This document shows positions 16,020 to 24,751 of a stretch of 43,538 nucleotides of DNA, one piece after another. Each line of letters starts with the position of its first letter. Position 1 is the stretch's first letter. A program made the position numbers and the translations under genes. This stretch comes from a virus (lineage: Duplodnaviria; Caudoviricetes), in the IMG/VR virus record IMGVR_UViG_3300032266_000559, positions 1-43,538 of that record, one strand, 5' to 3'. Under the pieces are notes generated by a model. The model ran no database searches, was not told the origin of the DNA, and saw only the letters and a list, made by a program, of their open reading frames with translations.

Positions 16020-16615
16020 AGATCCGCCACGCCCTCGCCGATCGCGGCGACGACTTCTATCCGAGCCCGCCGGAGGCGACGTGGGGGCTGCTGGCGGCCG
16101 AACACCGCCACATGCCGTTGCGGCTGTGGGAGCCAGCTTGCGGCGATGGCGCCATCGTGCGGCCGTTGCGCGCGGCCGGATACAAGGTCTTTGCGAGCGA
16201 CCTGGTGGATCGGGGCTGTCCCGGCGCTTTGGCCGGCGTCGACTTCCTGATGGAATTGCACGCGCCGGCCGGCCTCGCCGGCATCGTGACCAATCCGCCT
16301 TACAAGCTGGCCCAGGAGTTCATCGACGTCGCCCTCGATTTTTCGGGATACGTCGCGGTTTTGCTGCGGCTGCAGTTCCTCGAATCCGAAACGCGCCGGC
16401 CCTGTTTCGCGCGCTGGCCGCTGGCGGCCGTGCATGTGTTCTCGGCCCGTTTGCCGATGATGCACCGCGGCGGCTGGGAAGGGCCGCGCAACGGTTCGGC
16501 TCAGGCTTTCGCGTGGTTCGTGTTCGATCAGCGTCGGGCCAACGCGAACCGGTTGTCTTGGATCAGCGCCGACATGATCGCCGAGGGCCGGCGCATGTGT
16601 GGGGTTGACGCATGA
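16016..16615 (+). CDS. DNA N6-adenine methyltransferase
   Basis: DFYPSP, WEPACGDG (SAM-binding motif I), VTNPPY (motif IV). Confidence 0.85.
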   Translation: MKIRHALADRGDDFYPSPPEATWGLLAAEHRHMPLRLWEPACGDGAIVRPLRAAGYKVFASDLVDRGCPGALAGVDFLMELHAPAGLAGIVTNPPYKLAQEFIDVALDFSGYVAVLLRLQFLESETRRPCFARWPLAAVHVFSARLPMMHRGGWEGPRNGSAQAFAWFVFDQRRANANRLSWISADMIAEGRRMCGVDA

Positions 16616-16887
16616 GCGCCGCCGCCCGCGAGCCCGCACCCGCCAGGCCGGACCCGATCCGCCTCGAGGAGATGCTCCTCCTCGTCCAGTTCGAGCGCGA
16701 TCGCCGCGCGATCCTGCGGCGCACGCTGATCGAGGAGGGCGCTCTGCAGGGGCCGATCGACGATCGGACGCAACAGGTCTGGCGCCGGATCGAGGACCTG
16801 CTGGCCAAGGGCATCGTCGTGCGGCGCGAGCTGGCGACCCTGCTCGGCCGCGTCACGATCGCCGAGCGCGACGAGGTCATGCGGTGA
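16612..16887 (+). CDS. Hypothetical protein (91 aa)
   Basis: Coupled overlaps with neighbours. Confidence 0.6.
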   Translation: MSAAAREPAPARPDPIRLEEMLLLVQFERDRRAILRRTLIEEGALQGPIDDRTQQVWRRIEDLLAKGIVVRRELATLLGRVTIAERDEVMR

Positions 16888-18050
16888 TCGGCCAGGACGC
16901 CCTCGACGATCTCAAGGCCCGCCAGCCGATCGAGGCGGTCGCCGGCCGTTATGTGCGCCTGCGCCGCTCCGGCGTCGACAAGCTCGTCGGCCCGTGCCCG
17001 GTGTGCGGCGGCCGGGCCACCAGCGCCCGGTTCGAGATCCGCCTGCGCGATCAGGCGTGGGTCTGCGCGGTCTGTCCTGATGGCGGCGACGTCATCCGCC
17101 TCGTGCAGCGGGTCGAGGGTTGCGATTTTCGCACGGCGATCGAGCGGCTCGGCGGCGCGCCCGATGTCGATCCCGAACAGGTGCAGCGCCTGCAGGACGA
17201 GCGCGACGCCAAGCGGGCGCAGCGCGACGCGACCGAGGAGCGGTATCGCGAGGCCACGCGAACCCGGCTGTGGAAACAATGGAAAGCGGCCGGGCCGGTC
17301 GCCGGCACGCCGGTCGAGGCTTACCTGCGCGGCCGGGGCCTTGACCTGCCGGCTTCGACGCCGGGCCTGCGCGCGTTGTCGGCGGCGGCCTACTGTCACG
17401 GCGAGCTCACCGGCCCGACGGGCCGCCAGTCGGCCCGCGTGCTGGCCCGCGGCTGGGCTATGGCGGCGGCTTTCATTCGGGCCGACGGAACGTTCGGCGG
17501 GCTCCACCTGACGCATCTCGACGACGGCGACCCGCCCGCAAAGCTGGTTGCGGTCGATCCGGACACCGGCGAGATCCTGCCGGCGAAAAAGATGCACGGC
17601 TCGAAGCGCGGCGCGCACATTCTCGTCGCGCCGTCAGATGGGCCGCCGCGCCGTCTCGTCGTCGGCGAGGGGATCGAGACCACGCTGGCGGTCTGGACCG
17701 CTCACCTGCGGACAGGCCGACCGCTCGACGCAACCGAATGGTGGGCGGCCGGCGACCTTGGCAACCTGGCGGGCCGCGCGGTCTCGACCATCGCGCATCC
17801 GGACATCAAGCGGCCGGACGGCCGACCGCATCGCGTGCCGGGGCCTGATCCCGATCCGGACGATGCCGGCCTCGCGATTCCCGACTCCGTGACCGAGATC
17901 GTCCTTCTCGGCGACGGCGACAGCGAGCCGGTTCTGACGCGCCACGCCATGACGAGGGCCGCCCGGCGGTTCCGCCGGCCTGGCCGAACGATCCGCTGCG
18001 CGTTTGCGCCGACGGGTCTCGATTTCAACGACCTTTTGCGGGCCGGGTGA
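16884..18050 (+). CDS. Primase (zinc finger + TOPRIM), P4 alpha-like N-terminal half
   Basis: GPCPVCGG...CAVC..GGD; GEGIET; GDGD. Confidence 0.85.
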   Translation: MIGQDALDDLKARQPIEAVAGRYVRLRRSGVDKLVGPCPVCGGRATSARFEIRLRDQAWVCAVCPDGGDVIRLVQRVEGCDFRTAIERLGGAPDVDPEQVQRLQDERDAKRAQRDATEERYREATRTRLWKQWKAAGPVAGTPVEAYLRGRGLDLPASTPGLRALSAAAYCHGELTGPTGRQSARVLARGWAMAAAFIRADGTFGGLHLTHLDDGDPPAKLVAVDPDTGEILPAKKMHGSKRGAHILVAPSDGPPRRLVVGEGIETTLAVWTAHLRTGRPLDATEWWAAGDLGNLAGRAVSTIAHPDIKRPDGRPHRVPGPDPDPDDAGLAIPDSVTEIVLLGDGDSEPVLTRHAMTRAARRFRRPGRTIRCAFAPTGLDFNDLLRAG

Positions 18051-19642
18051 TGACGACAGGCGCCGACCAGGTCATGACGGCTTTCGACGCGGCCGAGCTG
18101 CTCGACGGCGAGGATGTGACGCCGCAGGACATGCCGCCACCGCAGCAAATGCCGCCGCCACCGCCGTCGATCGACGCCGAGCTGGCCGCCCTGCCGTTGA
18201 ACGATACCGGCAACGGCCAGCGGATGCTCAGACGGTTCGGCGACCGCATCCTGTTCGTGCGTGACGTCGGCCCGTATGTGTGGACGGGCAAGATGTGGGA
18301 CGGCGATGGCGGCGCCGATCACGCCCGGGTGCTCGGCCAGGAGACGGCCGCAGCGATCGCGTCGGAGGCCCGGGCCATCTATCTCGGCGGGCCTCGGCCA
18401 GACGAGAACGAGGCGGCCTGGCAAAAGCGCGTCGCGCGCCATCATGGGTTCGGCGTCAGCAGCGGCAACAGCGGCCGGATCGCCGCCATGATCGAGCAAG
18501 CCCAGCCGCACAAGACGGTTCCGCCCGACCAGCTCGACGCCGATCCGATGCTGATCAACTGTCAAAACGGCACGCTCGAATGCAAGCTGGTCGACCACGG
18601 TGACGGTCGGGTTGCCTCGGTCGAGCTGCGCGAACACCGCCGCGAGGATCTGTGCTCGAAGGCGGTCGCGACCGATTATCAGCCCGACGCCGACTGGCCC
18701 GCGTTGCGCGCGTTTCTGGCGCGCGTACAGCCTGACGAATCCATCCGACGGTTTTTGCAGGTGTGGGCGGGCTATAGCCTCACCGGACTGACGAGCGAAC
18801 AAAAGCTGGTCTTTTTCTCAGGGCACGGGGCCAACGGCAAATCGACGTTCGTCGACCTGTCCGCCCGCCTGATGGACGGTTATGCCGCGTCGCTGCGGTT
18901 TGAAAGTTTGGCCGGCGATGGCAGTCGTCGCGGCGATTCTGCGACGCCCGATCTGGCGCGCCTGCCGGGCGTGCGGCTGCTGCGCGCCGCCGAGCCGGAA
19001 GCAAACATGCGGCTGAAAGAGGCCGAGGTCAAAGCGATCACCGGCGGCGAGCCGCTCCTCGTCCGCCACCTGCACGGTCGATTCTTCGAGATGCGGCCGG
19101 TGTTCAAGCTGGTGCTGTCAGGCAACCACAAGCCGGACATTCGCGGCCTTGACGAGGGGATCTGGCGCCGCATCCTGCTGGTGCCGTGGGACGTCTCGAT
19201 CCCGCTGCTTGAGCGAGACAAGGGCCTGGCGGCGAAGCTGTGGGACGAGCGGGCCGGCGTGTTCAACTGGATGCTCGACGGGCTGCGGATCTACCTTGAG
19301 GAGGGCCTCGTCGTGCCCGAGGCCGTTGTGGCCGCCACGGCGAGCTATCGGGACGACAGCGATCCCGTCGGCGCCTTCCTGCGCGATTCGACCGAGGCCG
19401 ATCCTGGTGGCGCTGGCGTGACCGCCCGCGACCTGTTCCGCGCCTATGCGGGCTGGTGCGAGGTCAACGCCGTTCGCGCTTGGTCGGAAAAGGCATTCGC
19501 GGGGGCTATGGGTCAGAAAAGCATCCCGAAATCGACGGACCGGGTGCGGCGCTATCTCGAAATCCGCCTTCGGCCAGATGCGCCGCGCGGCCCCGATGAC
19601 ACCACCCCGCACCCCTCTGTGGCGGACGAGAACGTGCTGTGA
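18050..19642 (+). CDS. P4/D5-family SF3 replicative helicase
   Basis: NDTGNG.R, Walker A GHGANGKST, KAITGGE, GNHKP, GIWRR. Confidence 0.92.
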   Translation: MTTGADQVMTAFDAAELLDGEDVTPQDMPPPQQMPPPPPSIDAELAALPLNDTGNGQRMLRRFGDRILFVRDVGPYVWTGKMWDGDGGADHARVLGQETAAAIASEARAIYLGGPRPDENEAAWQKRVARHHGFGVSSGNSGRIAAMIEQAQPHKTVPPDQLDADPMLINCQNGTLECKLVDHGDGRVASVELREHRREDLCSKAVATDYQPDADWPALRAFLARVQPDESIRRFLQVWAGYSLTGLTSEQKLVFFSGHGANGKSTFVDLSARLMDGYAASLRFESLAGDGSRRGDSATPDLARLPGVRLLRAAEPEANMRLKEAEVKAITGGEPLLVRHLHGRFFEMRPVFKLVLSGNHKPDIRGLDEGIWRRILLVPWDVSIPLLERDKGLAAKLWDERAGVFNWMLDGLRIYLEEGLVVPEAVVAATASYRDDSDPVGAFLRDSTEADPGGAGVTARDLFRAYAGWCEVNAVRAWSEKAFAGAMGQKSIPKSTDRVRRYLEIRLRPDAPRGPDDTTPHPSVADENVL

Positions 19643-19644
19643 CG

Positions 19645-19945
19645 ACCCTCGCGAGGGTTGCGAGGGTCGTGCGAGGGTCAGGCATCAACCCTCGCAACCT
19701 GTAACCTTCGGACAGGATTGAGGTTTTCGGCGTTTTTTTTGGGCTTGCGAGGGTTGCGAGGGTTTCCCGCATACGCGCATGAGAGAGGGGAGAGGGGGCG
19801 TTTCTATTTTCTCATGCGTAAACTTATGAATAACCCTCGCAACCCTCGCAAGAGAGAAAAAACAGGCCATAAGGCACCGGAATCGTTGAGCAATTTTTGT
19901 GCGAGGGTTGAGGTCCGACCTTCGCACAACCCTCGCAACCCTCGC
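19645..19945. repeat. Iteron cluster, putative replication origin
   Basis: 12 exact GCGAGGGT/ACCCTCGC octamers in both orientations around AT-rich tracts, directly after the helicase. Confidence 0.8.
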
Positions 19946-19959
19946 AAAGGCACATCACC

Positions 19960-20811
19960 ATGCGGACGATGACGATCGAGGCGGCCCTGCGCTGGGCCTA
20001 CCGTGACGAACTGCCGAAACAGCCGGCCCGCATCCGGCCGCCCGAGGAGGCCGGCAAGCCCTGGAACAAGGTCTCGGCGGTCGGCGACTATGGCACCGTC
20101 ATCGACAGCATGTCGGACGCCGAGAACGAGTTTGGCCTTTGCCCGTTCGCCCAGGCCGAGACCGGCCCGCATCCCGATGCGGTCGCGCTGCACGCGGCCG
20201 TCTGCCGCCTCGACGATCTTGACCTGACCTTGCCCGATGGCTGGAACCCGCTCGGCGATTGCGGCATGGGCGCCGACGCCCTGGCCGCAGCCGGCCGGGC
20301 CGTGGCGATGCTGGCCTATGTCGACGGCTCCGGCCGCACCCGCCTCAAGATCCCGCCGCGTCTGCTGATCCAGCGTTGCGCGATCCTCGGCCCGCCCGTG
20401 TGGGAAACCGAGCAGCCGGTGCGGCGCGAGTTCACCGGGCCGGACGGTCGGCCGCGCTGGTTCCGGCGAGTGACGATCCCGATCGGCGAGGGCGGCCACC
20501 CTTACGAAACCGAGATCGACGGGTTCGACGCGAAAAAGCGCCGGCCGCATCCCGACGCCTACCGGCGGTTCGTGTGGGAACCCGACCCGGCCGGCATCGC
20601 CGCAGACCGCGGCAAGTGGGAACTGTGGCGGGCCTGTCTCGACGCGCTGGTCGACGATCCGGCGCTGCAGCTCGACACCATTGCGCTGCGGCCGTCAGAC
20701 TTTCCGGAAAGGCCGTGGGAATCGACCCGCCAAGGCCCGCGCGTGCACGTCCGCGGCCTTGCGCAGCCGCCGGGTGAAAAAAACGCAACGCACGCTTCAA
20801 ACGCCCCTTGA
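19960..20811 (+). CDS. Conserved phage protein at the late-regulator (Q-like) position
   Basis: TIEAALRWAYRDELPK, PHPDA motifs; function inferred from position only. Confidence 0.6.
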   Translation: MRTMTIEAALRWAYRDELPKQPARIRPPEEAGKPWNKVSAVGDYGTVIDSMSDAENEFGLCPFAQAETGPHPDAVALHAAVCRLDDLDLTLPDGWNPLGDCGMGADALAAAGRAVAMLAYVDGSGRTRLKIPPRLLIQRCAILGPPVWETEQPVRREFTGPDGRPRWFRRVTIPIGEGGHPYETEIDGFDAKKRRPHPDAYRRFVWEPDPAGIAADRGKWELWRACLDALVDDPALQLDTIALRPSDFPERPWESTRQGPRVHVRGLAQPPGEKNATHASNAP

Positions 20812-20860
20812 CGTGCGACTGAGATTTGGTGCACAACAGGCCACCATCAAAACGACATGG

Positions 20861-20897
20861 AAACCCCGGCGCGAAAGCGGTCCGGGGTTTTGCTTTT
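20861..20897 (+). terminator. Terminator hairpin ahead of the late operon (tR'-like)
   Basis: AAACCCCGG-CGC-GAAA-GCG-GT-CCGGGGTTT followed by TGCTTTT. Confidence 0.6.
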
Positions 20898-21091
20898 CCG
20901 GACACCTTGTGAGGCCGACCGATGTGCCAGTGCGCCGAGCGCCGCGCAGTCATCGTTCAGGCCGCCGCCGGTGACATGCCGGTCGGTCAGGCCGCAGCAT
21001 TCGTCGCCGCCTCGACCCTGCAAGATCTGCGCGGCATCTCGACGGCCGCCATCGCGGCCGCTCGTGCAAGGCTCGCCGGCAAGCGGCGCTG

Positions 21092-21697
21092 ATGTCGGGC
21101 GGGATCTCGCTGCACGTCGATATCGCGCCGCTGCTGGCGCTGGCGACCAAGCTCCGGAACGCTGACAAAAAGGTCGCGACCGCGATCCGCCAAGGGCTGA
21201 ACGAGGGCGGCGACCTCGTCCGCACCGACGTCCGCCGCGCCCTGCAGAAAACCACGGGACTGCGGACCTACAAGTCGGTGACCAGCCGCACGCGCTCGAC
21301 GGCCGCAACCGACGGCGCGCTGCGCTACACGATCATCGGGTCGGGCAAAGGCATCCCGATCAAGGAATTCACGACCAAGGGCACGCTCGGCCCCGGCGGC
21401 GGTGTCACGTCCAATCCATGGGCCACACTGCACAAGTTCAAGCGATCCTTTGTCGGCAAGGGCAAGATCGCGGGCCAGTTCAGGGCGCGCCTGCCGGGGC
21501 CTAGGGTCGAACGCACTGTCTCAGGCGGCAAGCGCGGCACCCGCACGATCAAGGTGTCAGCCATCCGCGCCCTCTATGGCCCGTCGATCCCGAAAGAGAT
21601 GCTGCAGGGACCGGTGCCGGGGCTGTTCCTGATCTCGGCCGGTGCGCAGGTGCCGCCCGCCATCATCAAGCGCGTGTCGCGCGCGTTCATCGGCTGA
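21092..21697 (+). CDS. Lambda gpZ-like minor tail / tail completion protein
   Basis: Basic protein ending IRALYGPSIPKEM; placed before terS. Confidence 0.6.
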   Translation: MSGGISLHVDIAPLLALATKLRNADKKVATAIRQGLNEGGDLVRTDVRRALQKTTGLRTYKSVTSRTRSTAATDGALRYTIIGSGKGIPIKEFTTKGTLGPGGGVTSNPWATLHKFKRSFVGKGKIAGQFRARLPGPRVERTVSGGKRGTRTIKVSAIRALYGPSIPKEMLQGPVPGLFLISAGAQVPPAIIKRVSRAFIG

Positions 21698-21766
21698 CCG
21701 TCGCCTCGCCCTGCCCGACCGAGGGGGTGGGGGTGGGGTGGGCGCCTCCGGAGGGGGGGGGCCTCT

Positions 21767-21808
21767 GGGTCCTTCCCCGGCCCCGGGGGGGCCGCGCGGC
21801 CGCCGCAG
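21767..21808 (+). other. Putative cos site (cosQ + cosN-like)
   Basis: GGGTCCT (identical to lambda cosQ) followed 23 nt later by CGGCCGCCGCAG, just upstream of terS. Confidence 0.55.
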
Positions 21809-21851
21809 TCCGAAAAAACGCTAGTCGGACTCAGAAAAAACAGGGTCAACG

Positions 21852-22481
21852 GTGTCAACGCTCAACCGCCCAACGGTCAACGGTGACGTGCCCGGGCTCT
21901 GGCTGAACGTGTCCGAGCTGGCGCGAGCCCGCGGAATCGACAAGGCGGCCGTCTCGCGCCGCGTCGCCCGCCTGGTCGAGATCGGCGCCCTCGAAACCCG
22001 CCCGGGCGCGCGCGGCACGAAACTGATCAACGTCGCCGCCTTCGACCGCGCGATCGGCGAGGTCGGCGACCTGGCGCACGCGCAGGCTCCGGACCTGGAC
22101 GACGCGCCGCTGCTGGCGCCAGCCCAGCCGCCGGCCGAGACCGCGTCGGCGACCTACACCCGCGAGCAGGCCCGCGAGAAGTCCTACGCGGCCGACCTGA
22201 AAAAGCTCGACCTCGACGAGCGCCTCGGCAAGCTCGTCACGGTCGAGTCGGTGCAGGACGGCGCCGTGCGTCTGGCGGAAACGCTGGTGCGCCAGCTCGA
22301 CCAGATGGCCGGCCGCGCCGACGATATTGCCGCTGCCGTGGCGAAAGACGGCGTCCTGGGCGCCCGCGGCGCGCTCAAGACCGTCGCCCGCGAGATCCGC
22401 GAAAGCATGGCCCGCGAACTCGAGCGCCTCGCCGACACGGCGCAGGCCGAGCACCAGGCGCAGGACGAGCCGGACGAATGA
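21852..22481 (+). CDS. terS: Terminase small subunit (Nu1-like)
   Basis: N-terminal wHTH, coiled coil ..LDLDERLGKLV; precedes terL; start uncertain. Confidence 0.8.
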   Translation: MSTLNRPTVNGDVPGLWLNVSELARARGIDKAAVSRRVARLVEIGALETRPGARGTKLINVAAFDRAIGEVGDLAHAQAPDLDDAPLLAPAQPPAETASATYTREQAREKSYAADLKKLDLDERLGKLVTVESVQDGAVRLAETLVRQLDQMAGRADDIAAAVAKDGVLGARGALKTVAREIRESMARELERLADTAQAEHQAQDEPDE

Positions 22482-24547
22482 CCGTTCATTTCCGCTACAG
22501 CGCGACGGCCGTGGCCGCTCGCGCTGCAGCGGCCGTGCTGATGCCGCCGGCGCCCATGCGCCCGACCCAATGGGCGCGCGACAACCTGGTCGTGCCCGAC
22601 GGGCCGCGTGCCGGCGAGCCGTGGTCGCTGGATCTGACGCCCTACGTCGCCGAGCCGCTTGACTTCATGGGGCCGGATTCGCCGGTCAACGAGATCGCGA
22701 TCCGCAAGGGGGTCCAGACCGGTTTCACGACGCTCGCGATCGCGATGATCGGTCACTCGATCGACCGCGACCCGTGCCGCATGATGGTGATTCAGCCGAC
22801 CGACGGCGCCCTCTCGGACTTCAACCGGGAGAAGCTGCAACCGGCGATCGAAGGATCGAAAGCACTGGCCGCCAAGGTCGCGGCGCAGACGAGCCGCTCG
22901 GCGACGGGCTCGACGACCTACAGCAAGCGATTCCCCGGCGGGTCTCTCACGCTGGCCATCGCCTCGTCGCCGGCCGATCTGCGAAGCAAGACCATCAAGA
23001 AGATGGTCCGCGACGAGATCGACGAATATCCCGACGACCTCGACGGCCAGGGCTCGCCGCTCAAGCTGTCGGAAGGCCGCCTGACCAGCTTCCTCGCCCA
23101 GGGCGACTGGAAACTGATCGACATCTCGACGCCTACTGTGAAGGGCGCCAGCAAGATCGACGAGCGGTTCGAGGAGGGCGACCAGCGATTCTGGCGCGTT
23201 CCTTGTCCGCACTGCACGCAAGAGAACGGCAAACCGTCCGAATTCACCTTTGAATGGGGCGAAAACTTCCGATTTTCGCGCGAATATCCGCATAACGCCC
23301 ATTATGTGGCCCCGTGCTGCGGTTCCGTCATCGAGGCGCACGAAAAGGCCAGCCTCGTCCGAAAAGGCCGCTGGGCGCCAACGGTCGAGGAGCCCGGCCG
23401 GTTTCCGAGCTACCATTTCGACGCGCTGTCATCGCCGTTCGTGCCGTGGGACCACGTCGCCAAGGAATGGATCGACGCCGGCGAGGACCCGACCAAGCTC
23501 AAGGCGTTCTGGAACCTTTGGCTCGGCCTCGCCTACGAGATCAAGGGCGATGCGCCCGACCACGAGCTGCTCTATGCGCGGCGCGAGGACGGCCTCGTCC
23601 GCGGCCAGGTTCCGCCCGGCGGCCTCATGCTGGTGGGCGCCGCCGACGTGCAGATGCGCGGCATCTGGTGGGAGGTCAAGGCGCTCGGCCTGCGGCGCGA
23701 AAGCTGGGTCGTCGATGCCGGCTACCTCGACGGCGACACGTCGAGCCCGACGGGCAGCGCCTTCGAGGCCCTGCGCGACCAGGTGCTGAACAGGGACTGG
23801 CCGGACGCCTGGAACCGCAAGCGCGCGCTCGACGCTTTCGGCATCGACTCTGGCTACCAGTCGCACGCGGTCTATGGCTGGGTCCGGTCCGTTCAGCGTC
23901 TCAACCGCGCCGGCCGCGACGTGGTCTACGCGGTGAAGGGCGCCGACGGCTGGGGCCGGCCTGCCATCGGCTCGCCGGCGCTGGTCGACATTCGCCTCGA
24001 CGGCCGCAAGATCAAAAAGGGCTGCAAGCTCTGGACGATCGGCACCTGGCCGCTGAAGGGCGCCTTTTACGAGGATCTGCGCAAGCAGCGCACCGACACG
24101 GGAACGCCGGAAGGCTTTCACCATTTCGGCGCCTGGCTCGACATGGCGTTCTTTCGCCAGATCACGGCCGAGTATCTCACCGACGAGATGCTGCGCGGCA
24201 AGCCGCGCCGCGTCTGGAAAATACGCGCCAGCGAGCGCGACAACCACTGGCTCGACACCGAGGTCTACATCGCCGCGCTCGCCGAGCATCTCGGCGTGCA
24301 GCGGATGACCTCGGACGAGTGGGCGGTGCTGATGGCCGAGCGCGGTCCGCCTCCGGGTGATCCTGCGCCGCTCTTTGCACCGCCGTCCTCGCCTTCCGTG
24401 CCGCCGGCGGTCTCTCGTGAGGCGTCCGCCCCTGATGCCGGGCAGGCCGAACCCGGGCCGGCAATTCAACCCGCCGGCCCGCGGCCCGCTCCGGAGCGCA
24501 CCGGCTGGTCCGGAGCCGGCCGCGGCTGGCTCAAACGCAACCGATAG
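22478..24547 (+). CDS. terL: Terminase large subunit, lambda GpA family
   Basis: TPY, KGVQTGFT Walker A, DEID Walker B, ISTPT, CPHC, DSG, NHWLD. Confidence 0.95.
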   Translation: MTVHFRYSATAVAARAAAAVLMPPAPMRPTQWARDNLVVPDGPRAGEPWSLDLTPYVAEPLDFMGPDSPVNEIAIRKGVQTGFTTLAIAMIGHSIDRDPCRMMVIQPTDGALSDFNREKLQPAIEGSKALAAKVAAQTSRSATGSTTYSKRFPGGSLTLAIASSPADLRSKTIKKMVRDEIDEYPDDLDGQGSPLKLSEGRLTSFLAQGDWKLIDISTPTVKGASKIDERFEEGDQRFWRVPCPHCTQENGKPSEFTFEWGENFRFSREYPHNAHYVAPCCGSVIEAHEKASLVRKGRWAPTVEEPGRFPSYHFDALSSPFVPWDHVAKEWIDAGEDPTKLKAFWNLWLGLAYEIKGDAPDHELLYARREDGLVRGQVPPGGLMLVGAADVQMRGIWWEVKALGLRRESWVVDAGYLDGDTSSPTGSAFEALRDQVLNRDWPDAWNRKRALDAFGIDSGYQSHAVYGWVRSVQRLNRAGRDVVYAVKGADGWGRPAIGSPALVDIRLDGRKIKKGCKLWTIGTWPLKGAFYEDLRKQRTDTGTPEGFHHFGAWLDMAFFRQITAEYLTDEMLRGKPRRVWKIRASERDNHWLDTEVYIAALAEHLGVQRMTSDEWAVLMAERGPPPGDPAPLFAPPSSPSVPPAVSREASAPDAGQAEPGPAIQPAGPRPAPERTGWSGAGRGWLKRNR

Positions 24548-24556
24548 GGATTTCGC

Positions 24557-24751
24557 ATGGCTTACGGTCAGACCGACCTCGACGCGCTCGAGCTGGCGAT
24601 CGCCACCGGCGCGCTCAAGGTGAGGTACGCCGACGGCCGCGAGGTCACCTACCGGTCGCTCGCCGAGATGCGGTCGGTGCGCCGCGAGATCCGCGCCGCC
24701 CTCGGCCTGTCCGAGCCCAGCCGCACCATGGTGGCGGAGCATCGCCGGTGA
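24557..24751 (+). CDS. Head-tail joining protein, gpW-like
   Basis: LDALELAIATG..V.Y.DGREVTYRSL.EM, between terL and portal. Confidence 0.85.
   Translation: MAYGQTDLDALELAIATGALKVRYADGREVTYRSLAEMRSVRREIRAALGLSEPSRTMVAEHRR

Noticed and set aside
19658-19972. ORFs over the iteron region
   Set aside because: Repetitive translations (LRGLRG, NPRNPR) of the iterons; probably non-coding
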